Below, one piece after another: positions 11,401 through 20,038 of a stretch of DNA of 45,510 nucleotides; position 1 is the stretch's first letter, and the number at the start of each line of letters is the position of its first letter. Source of the DNA: a virus (Duplodnaviria; Heunggongvirae; Uroviricota; Caudoviricetes); the IMG/VR virus record IMGVR_UViG_2778261177_000004, positions 1 through 45,510 of that record; one strand, given 5' to 3'. The position numbers and the translations under genes were made by a program. Under the pieces are notes generated by a model. The model was given only the letters and a program-made list of their open reading frames with translations, did not search any database and was not told the DNA's origin.

Positions 11401-12298
11401 TGTCAGGTGCCGGGTAAGTAATGGCGGGGGCTTTTGCGACCACCGGTGCGCCAGCCGCTTTATCGTTGCCATTATCTATCCATTCTTTCAATGATTTAGC
11501 CTTACCAGTAATCTCGCGGCTGATATCAAATACGCCCCGTGCTGCCATCCATAGTGGACCACCAGCCCCTACCCCGGCAGCATCGGTTACAGCTCCATCG
11601 TCGGCTTTCCCTGAACCATCAACCCCCATAATGGAACCGAGTTTTCGCAGGAACCCAACCTGTAGTTTTGCCTGTGCGCGTAGCTCATTCTGGCGTGCGA
11701 GATCCTCGTTTTTTTTCTGAGAGGCAAATCGTCCGTTGCTATCCCGTAACGGTGCACCAGAGGTGCTCTGGCTTTCTCTAACTGGTTGTTCTTGCCTTGC
11801 AGGCTGAATGTCAGGAGTGAGCAACTGAATGCGCTCTGGCGATGACTTCGTGGCTTTGCCTTCAGCCAGTGGTGCTGTTTTTGATTCCGAATGAGCGGTG
11901 CGGTGATCTGCTGCTGCTTTTTGCGGATTATCTATCTCGCTAGTGTTGTTTATACGTAATCTCTGTTTCCTGGTAGGGAGCCGGTCTTTATACGGCCCCT
12001 GTGTGAAACTGTTGCGTTGCGCCCCTGCTTTCCCTGTTCGGGCCAGGCGACGACTTACGCGTCCTTGTGGTGCGTCGCTGGTATCAGGATTGCGTCCGTA
12101 AGACTCAAGTGCTTTTTTTATTTCTGAAAGCGCAGCTAGCTCTTTCGCGTTTGCCGTTTGTATTGCGTCGATTATCGCTATTCGGTCTTTTTTATCGTTC
12201 AAAATAACCTCACTTACATCGGCGGTGATCACCCTGTTTTTTTGGCGTGGGCTTTGTATTTCTCTTCCAGTGCTTTTTCCATATGGAGTGCCCGCCAC
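8435..12298 (-). CDS. large virion injection / tape-measure-like protein (P1 Sit-like position), 1287 aa with K/G/A-rich low-complexity repeats
   Basis: Giant ORF immediately upstream of baseplate genes with an internal repetitive segment (EAGKVA repeats). No catalytic motif could be confirmed by eye. Confidence 0.5.
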   Translation of the reverse strand: MAGTPYGKSTGREIQSPRQKNRVITADVSEVILNDKKDRIAIIDAIQTANAKELAALSEIKKALESYGRNPDTSDAPQGRVSRRLARTGKAGAQRNSFTQGPYKDRLPTRKQRLRINNTSEIDNPQKAAADHRTAHSESKTAPLAEGKATKSSPERIQLLTPDIQPARQEQPVRESQSTSGAPLRDSNGRFASQKKNEDLARQNELRAQAKLQVGFLRKLGSIMGVDGSGKADDGAVTDAAGVGAGGPLWMAARGVFDISREITGKAKSLKEWIDNGNDKAAGAPVVAKAPAITYPAPDNERKTPDNAPGSAKAFTEAVKEKSVRAIEEQTKVLQRNDSQIIDELETVSEEIRKLRKSQESGLKLSDLLGGGRLRSKISPTRGRSSARGGNTGRTGDSKENKGKKGKNTSKPTETGRSQEGKEGKKNQPGKNNSAGEEKNRTKNAGGNEGSTSPKSSGDKSSVKTRAGKVTEESVAKTAAGGAAGKDAGKAATSAGESLTRKEAGKVAVATGENIAKKEAGKVALKAAGGVAARAGFRAIPVIGQVAMVGYDAVDGYSDTEAQRATYNLKEGQDVTTQQKSAYAAANVLDMGGLVTGAANLIGEGMSALGFEGVGQKLQSLDTSNIARGINSSIDASKNAFSSLKESFSSSSEGTAQVKKAVEDGTKQTVAAINDLARQLQGGRRGEDGVGEHGYKSPDEFKAPEKNTITADLNIGGSNAKNRNYRNNNLGNLVFANQEGAVLEAPNAKGEQRFARFNTPEEGIRALANQVSSYYNGTSAAAGYQKLQTVSSIISKWAPPTENNTNQYIENVSKYLGVSPNDKIDVSNPEVMTHLVRAIATKEGGNPAVNNNFIKTALGSFNAKTGRWEGQFNDETLEHINKIQKEKGGPLIARNSQYSVGSKVKYANGSSSAIPASSVAQAVMPTPTDVVQHAQAAKKPKAAQQENAQAISHAKASGNSSAAAGLTDRLMSADGVGGVIAGIVGGDPNMGLNLGPVSSPEEMSSLAAKAKQLDKFLVEKISRATGKNFSFQKAEQIADITTAIQQKRNVNRDTETIDLLPESPATISGKRATSTPAGVQIYDNGYKVVEGEDRGFFGSLFDSTVSGLKQVGSAVLPAVGDNLSRLVGGIDSTGMLNDFVLQSSGQNTDVARAISPLTRSVGGWLNGGIQKTADTIRDTTGAINQSLFASGVAAKEPFLAMPPQLPTVTDLARSGIRQMLTTDTANNDPAMLKALENVYSVLKEILGVSKDNRKGDQDKVVNTSQPQPRQRASTTINDPSLDKLLED

Positions 12299-12352
12299 TG
12301 CGGTAATTGTTCAACGTCACTAACTGGCTGGTAGCCGTATAACGTCAGGTTA

Positions 12353-13174
12353 TTAATAATGGTTAGCCATCCATTCAGATCTAATTGATGGGATAAACTC
12401 TCTATTGAGAAATGGGGCGTACAGCGTGGTAGTCACGTCTGCACCCTCCTTAGCGTTTTTGCAGCGTTGTGGCGGTAGGATCAGGCGGCTTGTGCCTCGT
12501 TCAATAGCCATTTTTAAGCCGTGGCGAAGGTCTTTCTGCATGAGCTGAATGCGAGCTACCAGAGGGGTAAACTCGGTTTCCAGTGCCATGTTTTCAATGA
12601 TATCGAATCGTCTGTTTGCAGCTTGTGTGAAGTCTTCTGGATCGTCGTTCAGAGATGTACACAAGGCCAACTCAGCTATGCGGAGACGAGCAACCTCAGC
12701 ACTGTACTCTGGAGTTTTCATATCAGGCAAAGTGGCGCGCATACGTTCAAGCAATTCAGCGCCTTTCCCTGTTAGTGGTTTAAGCGTCCACTCGGTTGGT
12801 ACTCCGTTTATAGGGACCATAGTTTTAATAAACGGCGGGACAGTCAGGATTTCTACCGTTTCGGCAAGGTCTGAAAGGTTAATATCTGCGTGATGAACGT
12901 TTCCACAGTGACCACACTCATATGAGTAAGTCATGACGGCATCAGGCCTGGAATTAACAAAGATCCACCAAAGCGCGGTTCTGCGATCCTGAACTGTCCA
13001 GTTTGAGCTGTCGTTAATTTCGCCGTCTTGCATAGCGTTGAGGTATTCTGTTGTGGTTGCCTCGTCTTCTGCCGGATTGATGTCTGAATATTTCAAGGCA
13101 TCTTTCACAGTAGGTGCATGAAACTGAATTTCTATTTCAGGCTGTGAAGGCAATGGGAATTTGGGAATGTTCAA
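12353..13174 (-). CDS. hypothetical virion-associated protein (contains a CGHCG motif)
   Basis: 273-aa ORF at the head of the minus-strand baseplate operon. Confidence 0.4.
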   Translation of the reverse strand: MNIPKFPLPSQPEIEIQFHAPTVKDALKYSDINPAEDEATTTEYLNAMQDGEINDSSNWTVQDRRTALWWIFVNSRPDAVMTYSYECGHCGNVHHADINLSDLAETVEILTVPPFIKTMVPINGVPTEWTLKPLTGKGAELLERMRATLPDMKTPEYSAEVARLRIAELALCTSLNDDPEDFTQAANRRFDIIENMALETEFTPLVARIQLMQKDLRHGLKMAIERGTSRLILPPQRCKNAKEGADVTTTLYAPFLNREFIPSIRSEWMANHY

Positions 13175-13314
13175 GGATTCCTCCGAAAGCTAGGTTCAGT
13201 TAGTTTTTCAGAGGATAGGGAGTGTGTGATTTGTGGGAGTATTGAATAAGGATCTTTGTCGATCGAACAGCAACTATTGAGGGTGATTTTTACACCTTAA
13301 GTGACGCAATTCAC

Positions 13315-13323
13315 ATATCCACA
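13315..13323. promoter_or_regulatory. candidate DnaA box (ATATCCACA) within an AT-rich origin region
   Basis: One mismatch to TTATCCACA. It sits next to an AT-rich tract, GATC sites and an inverted iteron-like element (13279-13296) upstream of the iteron array. Confidence 0.35.
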
Positions 13324-13418
13324 GAGTATTTTTATAAACCTTTTTCTCTTTTTAATCCTTTTTAGATCCTTTTTAGGCATCGTGGAGGCCAGGTGTGGCG
13401 GGGCTTGTAGAGGACCAA

Positions 13419-13536
13419 GGTGTAAGATTTGCCCTCAATTAAGCTATTGAGGTGTAAGATTTGCCCTCAGCAGGTGTAAGATTTGCCCTCAAAAGGTGTA
13501 GTAATTGCCCTCAAAGTGATGTAAAAATTGCCCTCA
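13419..13536 (+). repeat. iteron array upstream of repA (5 direct 19-bp repeats, GGTGTAAGATTTGCCCTCA and variants); origin / autoregulatory site
   Basis: Repeats at 13419-13437, 13451-13469, 13473-13491, 13495-13513 and 13518-13536. Confidence 0.85.
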
Positions 13537-13560
13537 CCATTTGAAGGATCACACAGGGTT

Positions 13561-14316
13561 ATGAACAGAGCGGAATTAACGGCAAAAGCCGTCAGTCTGA
13601 TTGAATCAGCGACACCAATTAGCCGTAGCTTGGCGCAGGCCAATGAGATCACAGAGGCGGCTTATCACCTGACACGCGACCAAAAGCGACTGTTGTTTAT
13701 TGTGGTGGGAAGACTTCGCTATGCTTCTAAGGATGGCGTTCTTGGTTCAGGTGCCTGTGAGTTGACGGTCAACGAATATGCAGAGATGTATAATTTGCCC
13801 TCTGCTGAAGCCAGCAAGGATATTCGTAAAGCTATCTCCGGACTTAGTGAGAAGAAAGTCACGATATATAACCCTGATGAATCAACCGAATCAGAAGACA
13901 GTTATGAGTCTTATCCCTGGATGATTAAGGAGGCTTACTCACCACGCCGGGGGACTTACATTATTCATCTGAATCCATATCTCATGCCGTTTTTTACTCT
14001 GCTTGATAAGAGGTTCACGAGGCTGAATTTTACTGAAGTGTCTCGCCTGACAAACCCTTATTCTATGCGGCTTTATGAGTCCTTATGCCAGTATAGAAAG
14101 GATGATGGGAGCGGCTTCGCTATACTTGGCGTTGAATGGATGCGGGAGCGTTATGGTCTTCCCAAAAGCTATCAACGGTACGCCGAATTTAAGAGAAGCT
14201 TTCTGGCAAAAGCTGTAGCTGAAATCGAAAAAAACACAAAAATGAAAATAGTTTTCTCAGAGGTTACAGAAGGTGGCAGAGTTACAAAAATAAAATTCAC
14301 CTATCAGCAGTCTTAA
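13561..14316 (+). CDS. repA: replication initiator RepA (Rep_3 / RepE-like, iteron-binding)
   Basis: 251-aa protein flanked by iterons. Start chosen at the ATG at 13561 rather than the track start, which lies inside iteron 5. Context matches iteron plasmid replicons. Confidence 0.8.
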   Translation: MNRAELTAKAVSLIESATPISRSLAQANEITEAAYHLTRDQKRLLFIVVGRLRYASKDGVLGSGACELTVNEYAEMYNLPSAEASKDIRKAISGLSEKKVTIYNPDESTESEDSYESYPWMIKEAYSPRRGTYIIHLNPYLMPFFTLLDKRFTRLNFTEVSRLTNPYSMRLYESLCQYRKDDGSGFAILGVEWMRERYGLPKSYQRYAEFKRSFLAKAVAEIEKNTKMKIVFSEVTEGGRVTKIKFTYQQS

Positions 14317-14605
14317 GGGCAATTTCTACACCTCTCTGTAGGTGTAGGATTTGCCCTTAAAGATGGGAGATTGAGGGCAATTCTTACATTATTAGTTAGT
14401 TGGTTGGATCTTTAACGGCTAACATTATTTGTAATTTATTGATTAATAAGGAATGTGTAAAAATCACCCTCAGATGGCATCGTATGCTATAGCTATTCTT
14501 ATCGCACTACTGTTGAATGTTTTATGGTTGTAACGCGTTGATTTTGTTGTGATGTGTAAAAAATGCCATCATTGACGTAAACAGCAGGTGTAGATATTGC
14601 CCTCA
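14316..14605. repeat. downstream iteron cluster (incA-like copy-control locus) with direct and inverted iteron copies
   Basis: Iteron-like elements at about 14316-14332 (inverted), 14341-14359, 14373-14390 (inverted), 14454-14472, 14551-14571 and 14587-14605. Confidence 0.65.
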
Positions 14606-14647
14606 AGTTTGCCCCTTCCCCACCTTCTCGCACTTTAATACTGCATT

Positions 14648-15385
14648 TCAAAACTTGATCACGTTGCTGGCGGCGCTTTTAAGTGCGCTTGTTGCTAAAC
14701 CAGCAGCTCCATTGACTAATGCGGACAGGCCGGAACCAGCAGATGTGTATCGCTGGAACGTGATCGGATAGGACAAGAATTCGGACACCTGATCACGTGA
14801 GCGGCTGATCTCTCCTATCTGAGTCGGAAATACACGCATTTCCTCTTCCAGCTCTTTCCCGCCTTCCTGTGTAACGCGGTATAGCCTGATATTCATGAGA
14901 TAATCTGGCGGCAGGTTTAGCGTACCATCGCTATTGGTTACACGGGCGCGGCGCTCCTTGAACCAATTCATTATTTTGCCGTCTTCTGTGTCTCTGACCG
15001 TCATTGTTACCGGTCCGGCGGTTACGTGCGTTGGCTTATTGAACTCGACGCTACCAATGATTTTGCTTTCTGTTTCAATATTCCCGCTACTGTAAGTGAT
15101 GTCCTTAACGAACATATCAAAGCCGTTTAATCCGTCTACGTCTACCGTCCACTGCCAGCCCTGGGCATAGCGGATACGCATAGCCGTAGCAACTACGTTC
15201 TTTCCGTAAGCGATGTCATTGCCGTAGCTCCCGCTAACGCCACTGCCAGACAACGCTCTATCCAGAATGTCGCTGATAAGGTTGCTGGTGAACGATTTCG
15301 CGTTAAACGATACCGCACTGGCTAGCGTTTGCGTTGTAGCACTAAAAATACTCACGTAGCCCTCCGTGTTAAAAAATGGTAGCAC
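14648..15385 (-). CDS. hypothetical tail/virion protein
   Basis: 245-aa ORF in the minus-strand structural operon. Confidence 0.4.
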   Translation of the reverse strand: MLPFFNTEGYVSIFSATTQTLASAVSFNAKSFTSNLISDILDRALSGSGVSGSYGNDIAYGKNVVATAMRIRYAQGWQWTVDVDGLNGFDMFVKDITYSSGNIETESKIIGSVEFNKPTHVTAGPVTMTVRDTEDGKIMNWFKERRARVTNSDGTLNLPPDYLMNIRLYRVTQEGGKELEEEMRVFPTQIGEISRSRDQVSEFLSYPITFQRYTSAGSGLSALVNGAAGLATSALKSAASNVIKF

Positions 15386-15920
15386 CAGGGATAATGGCCC
15401 GGTTGGCTGCCATTTTTTCTTCTATCTCCTGAACACGCGCGTAGAGCGTCGCCTCATCAGGAAGATCGGAGTAATCAAACTTGCCATCAATCGACGCCCT
15501 TCGCTGCCGGGCAACGTTGCGGACATTGATAAGTGCTTCAAGATATTCCTCAAGCATTCCGATAATAGCAGGTGGCACTTGCCACTCATCCAGGTTGCGA
15601 TCGCGGAGATTTACAAGGTATTGCATCTTGAAAGGCCAGCGTTCAGAACCGGTAAGCTCAAGTTCGACAAAACCGGCAATCTCGTCGGCGTAAACCAGAA
15701 GCCCGTTGTGGTCAGTGACGTGGACCAGAGACAGATAATCATCCGGAACAGGGATCGCCGTGCCGTCTGCTTTCTCCAGCTTTAACGCCTTAACTACTCC
15801 CGCTCTGTCCTGGTAAGTAGTCAACGCTTTGAGCAGGAATGCTTTCAGTGTCTCTTCCTCCCGTACAAGAAGAGGATTGAATCGCGCTTTAACGCTTTCT
15901 AATAGTTCAGAAGGTGTCAT
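15369..15920 (-). CDS. hypothetical tail/virion protein
   Basis: 183-aa ORF overlapping the downstream gene, indicating operon coupling. Confidence 0.4.
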   Translation of the reverse strand: MTPSELLESVKARFNPLLVREEETLKAFLLKALTTYQDRAGVVKALKLEKADGTAIPVPDDYLSLVHVTDHNGLLVYADEIAGFVELELTGSERWPFKMQYLVNLRDRNLDEWQVPPAIIGMLEEYLEALINVRNVARQRRASIDGKFDYSDLPDEATLYARVQEIEEKMAANRAIIPGATIF

Positions 15921-15971
15921 AAATACTCCGGACGGAGGGGGATAATCCCGCTCTTTTGAGCGGGATCGGTA

Positions 15972-16463
15972 TTACTCAACCCAGTTGTACACAATACGCA
16001 GGGTCGGTCTGACAACCGCCGTTACATCTTCTGACGAGAAATCAACGGCATCGGAATACACTTTGCAGTGTGAGTAAGTGCGTGACAGACCTTTGCTGTC
16101 ACCGCTGTTAGATTCAGCGGCAGCCTGGAAAGAGATATCCAGATATTTCTTCTCATAAACCATCTCTTTGACGGCAGCGAGTACAACACCTTCAATCGTC
16201 TCCGCACAGGTAACCTGAAATTCACCTGAGTTACGCAGTGGGCCGTGTTGGTTGAACTTCATACCGCCTGGAGCGTAATCTTCTACGTCTTCACGCGTCA
16301 TTTCCGGTAACTGCGCGGTGCGGATCAGCACTGACAGATTTTCGTATCCCTTAATGGTCATCCAATATTCAGTGCCAATTAATTTTTCGCCTGCTGCCAG
16401 GTTCTTGTTGAATCTGGCTTTCAGGAAGGCGAGATCGGCTTTTGTGTTTGAAAAACCGGCCAT
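15972..16463 (-). CDS. tail tube protein (T4 gp19-like)
   Basis: 163 aa, the same length as T4 gp19, with a C-terminal ...IVYNWVE resembling the gp19 C-terminus. Located in the sheath/tube neighbourhood. Confidence 0.55.
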   Translation of the reverse strand: MAGFSNTKADLAFLKARFNKNLAAGEKLIGTEYWMTIKGYENLSVLIRTAQLPEMTREDVEDYAPGGMKFNQHGPLRNSGEFQVTCAETIEGVVLAAVKEMVYEKKYLDISFQAAAESNSGDSKGLSRTYSHCKVYSDAVDFSSEDVTAVVRPTLRIVYNWVE

Positions 16464-16471
16464 AATTACTC

Positions 16472-17089
16472 CTAAACAAAAACAGATGAGATATTGCTGC
16501 GGTTAATAGATGTGTTACCACTGCATTGCAGAGTGACCGTGTTGTGGGTGAAATAGCCTTCCGATGTGCGCGGGGCGTCAAGCTGATAGCTGACGCTTTT
16601 GATCACAACGTTCGTTAACATCACGTTCCTGCCGATATTTATCGTTACGGCCTCCGGGACTCGACCAAAAGGCGTAATGTCGTTTAGTTCTGGAGATGCC
16701 ATTTTCAGCAACGTCGTGATGGCGTCATTCACCTCAATTTTTGCGCTGGATGTAGCTAAAAAATCCAGGACAAGGGTAAATTCCGGCGGTTGTTGCCCTT
16801 CCCACACGAGGGTGGAGTTGAACCGGCTTTTACTCGTGTACCCTGATGATGTCTGCACGATGCCTGCAAGAGATGATGCCGCCTCGCTAATAGCGCCTAA
16901 CATGCTGCCCATCGCTTTATCTTCAAATGGCGACTGCCACAGAGACGATAGTTCGGCAGAGGAACCTTCGCCGATATATCCGACTACCATATCCTCGCTT
17001 GACTTGATGTAGGCTTTCATTAGCGGGCTTATGCCGTCTGCCATGATCGCGCCGCAAATCACTGCTATTTCTCCCAAACAGGCCACCAT
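16472..17089 (-). CDS. hypothetical tail protein (start uncertain; possibly the MADGIS start at 17044)
   Basis: ORF between the acidic protein gene and the tube gene. Confidence 0.4.
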   Translation of the reverse strand: MVACLGEIAVICGAIMADGISPLMKAYIKSSEDMVVGYIGEGSSAELSSLWQSPFEDKAMGSMLGAISEAASSLAGIVQTSSGYTSKSRFNSTLVWEGQQPPEFTLVLDFLATSSAKIEVNDAITTLLKMASPELNDITPFGRVPEAVTINIGRNVMLTNVVIKSVSYQLDAPRTSEGYFTHNTVTLQCSGNTSINRSNISSVFV

Positions 17090-17107
17090 TACAGGTGGCT
17101 TACATAA

Positions 17108-17854
17108 TTACAGGCCGCGTTTTTTGCGAATGCGGATAGACTTCCGGCGGCGAGTGTTAGCTATCGACGTATGCGCCTTAAGGCGCGCTTTTTTCAGCGC
17201 CTGCTTTTGTAAGGACGTCATGCGACGCGGGCGCGGGCGTTTGCGGATGATAGTAACCTTGCCATCACGGACGACTTTTTTGCTTACAGCTTCGAGCATT
17301 GCTGTATTGCCACCAGCAACGGTGTAAATTGCAATGGCTTCTTCCATCATTTCGCTATCGCTTTCTGACAGTGCGTCAAATACGCGTTCTGCTGCCGCGT
17401 CATCTTCGTCATCGATCATCTCGGTGACGTCGTCCTGATCAGCGCCCAGGGCCACAGCCGCGTTAGCCAACGCCGCGAGTGCGTCGTTATATGCGTCAAC
17501 CTGTTCGTCGGTCAGTTCTGTGTCTTCGTCAATGTCGGCCAGGCCAGCCATTGTGATTGCCAGCGCATCAAATGAATCCGCTTCAGGGTCGCCATCTTCT
17601 ACCCAGCTCGCCAGCATTGAAGCTGCCAGACTGCGGATGTCACTTTGTGCACGGGATTCCACCGCTTCCATCATTGCGGCTTCGATATCCGCGCCATCGG
17701 TTCCATTCTTGGCACTTTCCAGGATGGCGTTATCGCCACTTTCAAAACAACCAGAATCTTTGGCGCTTTCCAGTATGGCTGTATCTGCGTTATCGGCTGT
17801 TTTGCCTGCAAATAGCGCGCGCATGAATGGATCAACAACAGAATAGTTTTTCAT
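17108..17854 (-). CDS. hypothetical virion protein with a highly acidic N-terminal region and an Arg/Lys-rich C-terminal tail
   Basis: 248-aa ORF with a D/E-rich body and an RKRPRPRR...RRRKSIRIRKKRGL tail. Confidence 0.45.
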   Translation of the reverse strand: MKNYSVVDPFMRALFAGKTADNADTAILESAKDSGCFESGDNAILESAKNGTDGADIEAAMMEAVESRAQSDIRSLAASMLASWVEDGDPEADSFDALAITMAGLADIDEDTELTDEQVDAYNDALAALANAAVALGADQDDVTEMIDDEDDAAAERVFDALSESDSEMMEEAIAIYTVAGGNTAMLEAVSKKVVRDGKVTIIRKRPRPRRMTSLQKQALKKARLKAHTSIANTRRRKSIRIRKKRGL

Positions 17855-17897
17855 TAGGAAACCTCATTCATCCCCGCGTTTCAGCGGGGAAGATAAA

Positions 17898-19553
17898 TCA
17901 ACGCATCAGGATTGGTTTGCCGAGGATTCGACGAGCAGTGCCTGTTGGGCACACGGACCATTCCACTTCCCACAAGTCGATGTCTTTTTGAGTTACCTTG
18001 ACCACATAAGGGTCTGAACCTTGAGATTCATCGCGTGGTGTAACCAGCGCACCAGCCGCATAAAAACGGTCCAGAAGATCTGTCAGTGCGTTAGTCAGAC
18101 TTTCCTGCGTTACGCCATCAGGTTCATGCTTGATTGCCTGAGCAACTTCATAGAAATTGCGGGCAATTGCATTCATCAGTGATGAAACGTGCTGGAATCG
18201 CAGATAGTTATTTTTGCTGTATGTCGTCAGGGAGTCGTCGATGTAGACAGAACCATCCGCTGCAACGCTTACAGGGTTAATACGAGCGGTCACATACGCT
18301 TCACGATCGATTGTGCCAATCCCGGAGAGTCTGGTGATGTTCTGGCGATCAATGATTGCGCGAGACAGACCTGCCGGGGCGTAATGCCAGCCGCCTACAT
18401 CAGACACAAGCGCAACGCCTTTAGCTTTTGCCACAAATGCGTCGCAACTGATTCCGTAAACCACATTCATACCGCTGAAAGTGTCACGGCATGAGTACGG
18501 GAAGTGATAACGTGCAGCCTGGTGGGATTTGCCGAAACCATGTGATTTAGCTTCTGCGATAGCGTTTTCACCAGTCTGAGCACATTTCAGGTCGTAGAAC
18601 ATATCCACGCGAACGTCTTCTGCCAGCGAATTGATTTTTGCCAGCACGGATGCGTCGTAGCAGCCCATAGAAAGCAGCGCGGTATAATTAACTTCTGACG
18701 CTTCGAGAACCTCTAACGCTTTCAGATAATCATCAGTGTCAATTGAGGACAGATCGCCATCTGTACCGCCTTCAAACGCTACATCTTCGAAAGTCAGCAA
18801 GTGAGCGGAGTCTTCGGCACCATCAGCCAGTACAGCTCCAAGCCTGGTGGACTGACTTTCTAACAACGCAGGAATCCATGCTGGCTGGCCCATATCGTTC
18901 GTTGCATCCGGATCGAAAGAAACCTGGTAGCTTTCCAGAGTTTCTACAGAACCATCGGTCTGTGTCTCTTTCAGTTCCAGAGTGAACAGGTCATTTTCTT
19001 CGTCCTCACGGGTCAGTGATAACGTGCGGTTGGTCGAAGCATCACCGTCCTTAATGTAGAAAATAGCCAGTTCATCCCCGGAAATTTCAGGTGTTTCGCT
19101 TGCAGCGAAAGTTACCGGAGAAGTGGCACCAGAAACGGCACGAACGGTCAGTGTATCGCCGATGTTTACCGTTGCTTCGGTCGGAGCAATTTGCAGAGTT
19201 TTTGCAGACTTAGTGCTTTTCGACTTGGCCTGAACAGAAACGGCAATGCCCGGTACTTTCATGTCTTTTGCGCATACGCGAACCACATAACCGCTGCCGC
19301 CTTTTACTGCGCGTTCAACGTGGCGATATGGTTCAAATGCGGCCCCGGTGCGCGGGTGAAGAGGTGAACCTAACACGCTCTGATAGTTGGCTGCTGTAAC
19401 CTGCAAAACCTTACCTGGCGCCCCTCTGCGGGAAATGACCAGCCCGGCAAAGACGGAAGCACCGCCAGATGTGTTAGTCAGAGTAGCATCGGCATTAACG
19501 TCCGCTACCGCAACGCCCGCAGCCTGACCAACAGAAAAACCAATTTTATTCAT
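17898..19553 (-). CDS. tail sheath protein (P1 gp22-like)
   Basis: 551 aa; the N-terminal region (GGASVFAGLVISRRGAPGKVLQVTAANYQSVLG...YVVRV) resembles sheath N-terminal domains; located upstream of the tube gene. Confidence 0.6.
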   Translation of the reverse strand: MNKIGFSVGQAAGVAVADVNADATLTNTSGGASVFAGLVISRRGAPGKVLQVTAANYQSVLGSPLHPRTGAAFEPYRHVERAVKGGSGYVVRVCAKDMKVPGIAVSVQAKSKSTKSAKTLQIAPTEATVNIGDTLTVRAVSGATSPVTFAASETPEISGDELAIFYIKDGDASTNRTLSLTREDEENDLFTLELKETQTDGSVETLESYQVSFDPDATNDMGQPAWIPALLESQSTRLGAVLADGAEDSAHLLTFEDVAFEGGTDGDLSSIDTDDYLKALEVLEASEVNYTALLSMGCYDASVLAKINSLAEDVRVDMFYDLKCAQTGENAIAEAKSHGFGKSHQAARYHFPYSCRDTFSGMNVVYGISCDAFVAKAKGVALVSDVGGWHYAPAGLSRAIIDRQNITRLSGIGTIDREAYVTARINPVSVAADGSVYIDDSLTTYSKNNYLRFQHVSSLMNAIARNFYEVAQAIKHEPDGVTQESLTNALTDLLDRFYAAGALVTPRDESQGSDPYVVKVTQKDIDLWEVEWSVCPTGTARRILGKPILMR

Positions 19554-19587
19554 GCTGCTCTTTTCCTCTTTATCGAGCGGATGAGAG

Positions 19588-19618
19588 AAGCCTCCCCATT
19601 TGCATGGGGAGGCTTTTA
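19588..19618 (-). terminator. hairpin (gcctcccca/tggggaggc) between the decoration gene and the sheath gene; probable attenuator or partial terminator
   Basis: 9-bp GC-rich stem with a short loop and a pyrimidine-rich 3' flank on the minus strand. Confidence 0.4.
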
Positions 19619-19897
19619 TCAGGCTTCGCCGACCGTGAAGCTGTCACCTACCGTCACTTCTTTGGTTGACGGATCAACGCTGACAGAGTCGACACTTACT
19701 GCGGCTTCATTAACCGTTACAGTGCACGTTGCGGTTTTATTTCCATCTGTAGTTTTGATGGTTAGTACCGCAGTACCAGCAGATACTGCGGTGCATGTGG
19801 TTCCATCAACTCTCACAATTTCCGGATGATCGGATTCGACAGTGAAAGTTTTATCTGTCGCATTTGGTGGGGTAATAGTTACTTTGATATCAGCCAT
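19619..19897 (-). CDS. Ig-like (Big_2-type) domain protein, probable head decoration protein
   Basis: About 92 aa, T/V-rich beta-strand pattern (MADIKVTITPP...TCTVTVNEAAVSVDSVSV). A strong GGAGG RBS precedes the MADIKV start. Lies between the capsid-like and sheath genes. Confidence 0.55.
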   Translation of the reverse strand: MADIKVTITPPNATDKTFTVESDHPEIVRVDGTTCTAVSAGTAVLTIKTTDGNKTATCTVTVNEAAVSVDSVSVDPSTKEVTVGDSFTVGEA

Positions 19898-20038
19898 TTT
19901 TTCCTCCATATAGCCCCCTATTCAGGGGCTGGTCTTACTTCTTTTTGGGTGTTTTTCGTGTCTTTGAAGTGCTCGCGGCGATAGTTTCACCTTCGTTTAC
20001 TTCAATTGCCGTTGGTGAAACTGACACGTTCGCCACTG

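Noticed and set aside
9081-11720. Multiple 60-130-aa ORFs on the plus strand within 8435-12298
   Set aside because: All are antisense to the 1287-aa CDS, and Pro/Ser/Ala-rich translations reflect the low-complexity region on the coding strand.
13528-13560. Track starts that extend repA (13528), parM (24711), higB (33286), ref (44005), rdgC (29934) and the 231-aa ORF (37383)
   Set aside because: Internal ATGs with RBSs and homolog alignment give shorter, better-supported starts; several of the extensions begin with non-ATG codons or run through iterons, terminators or operators.
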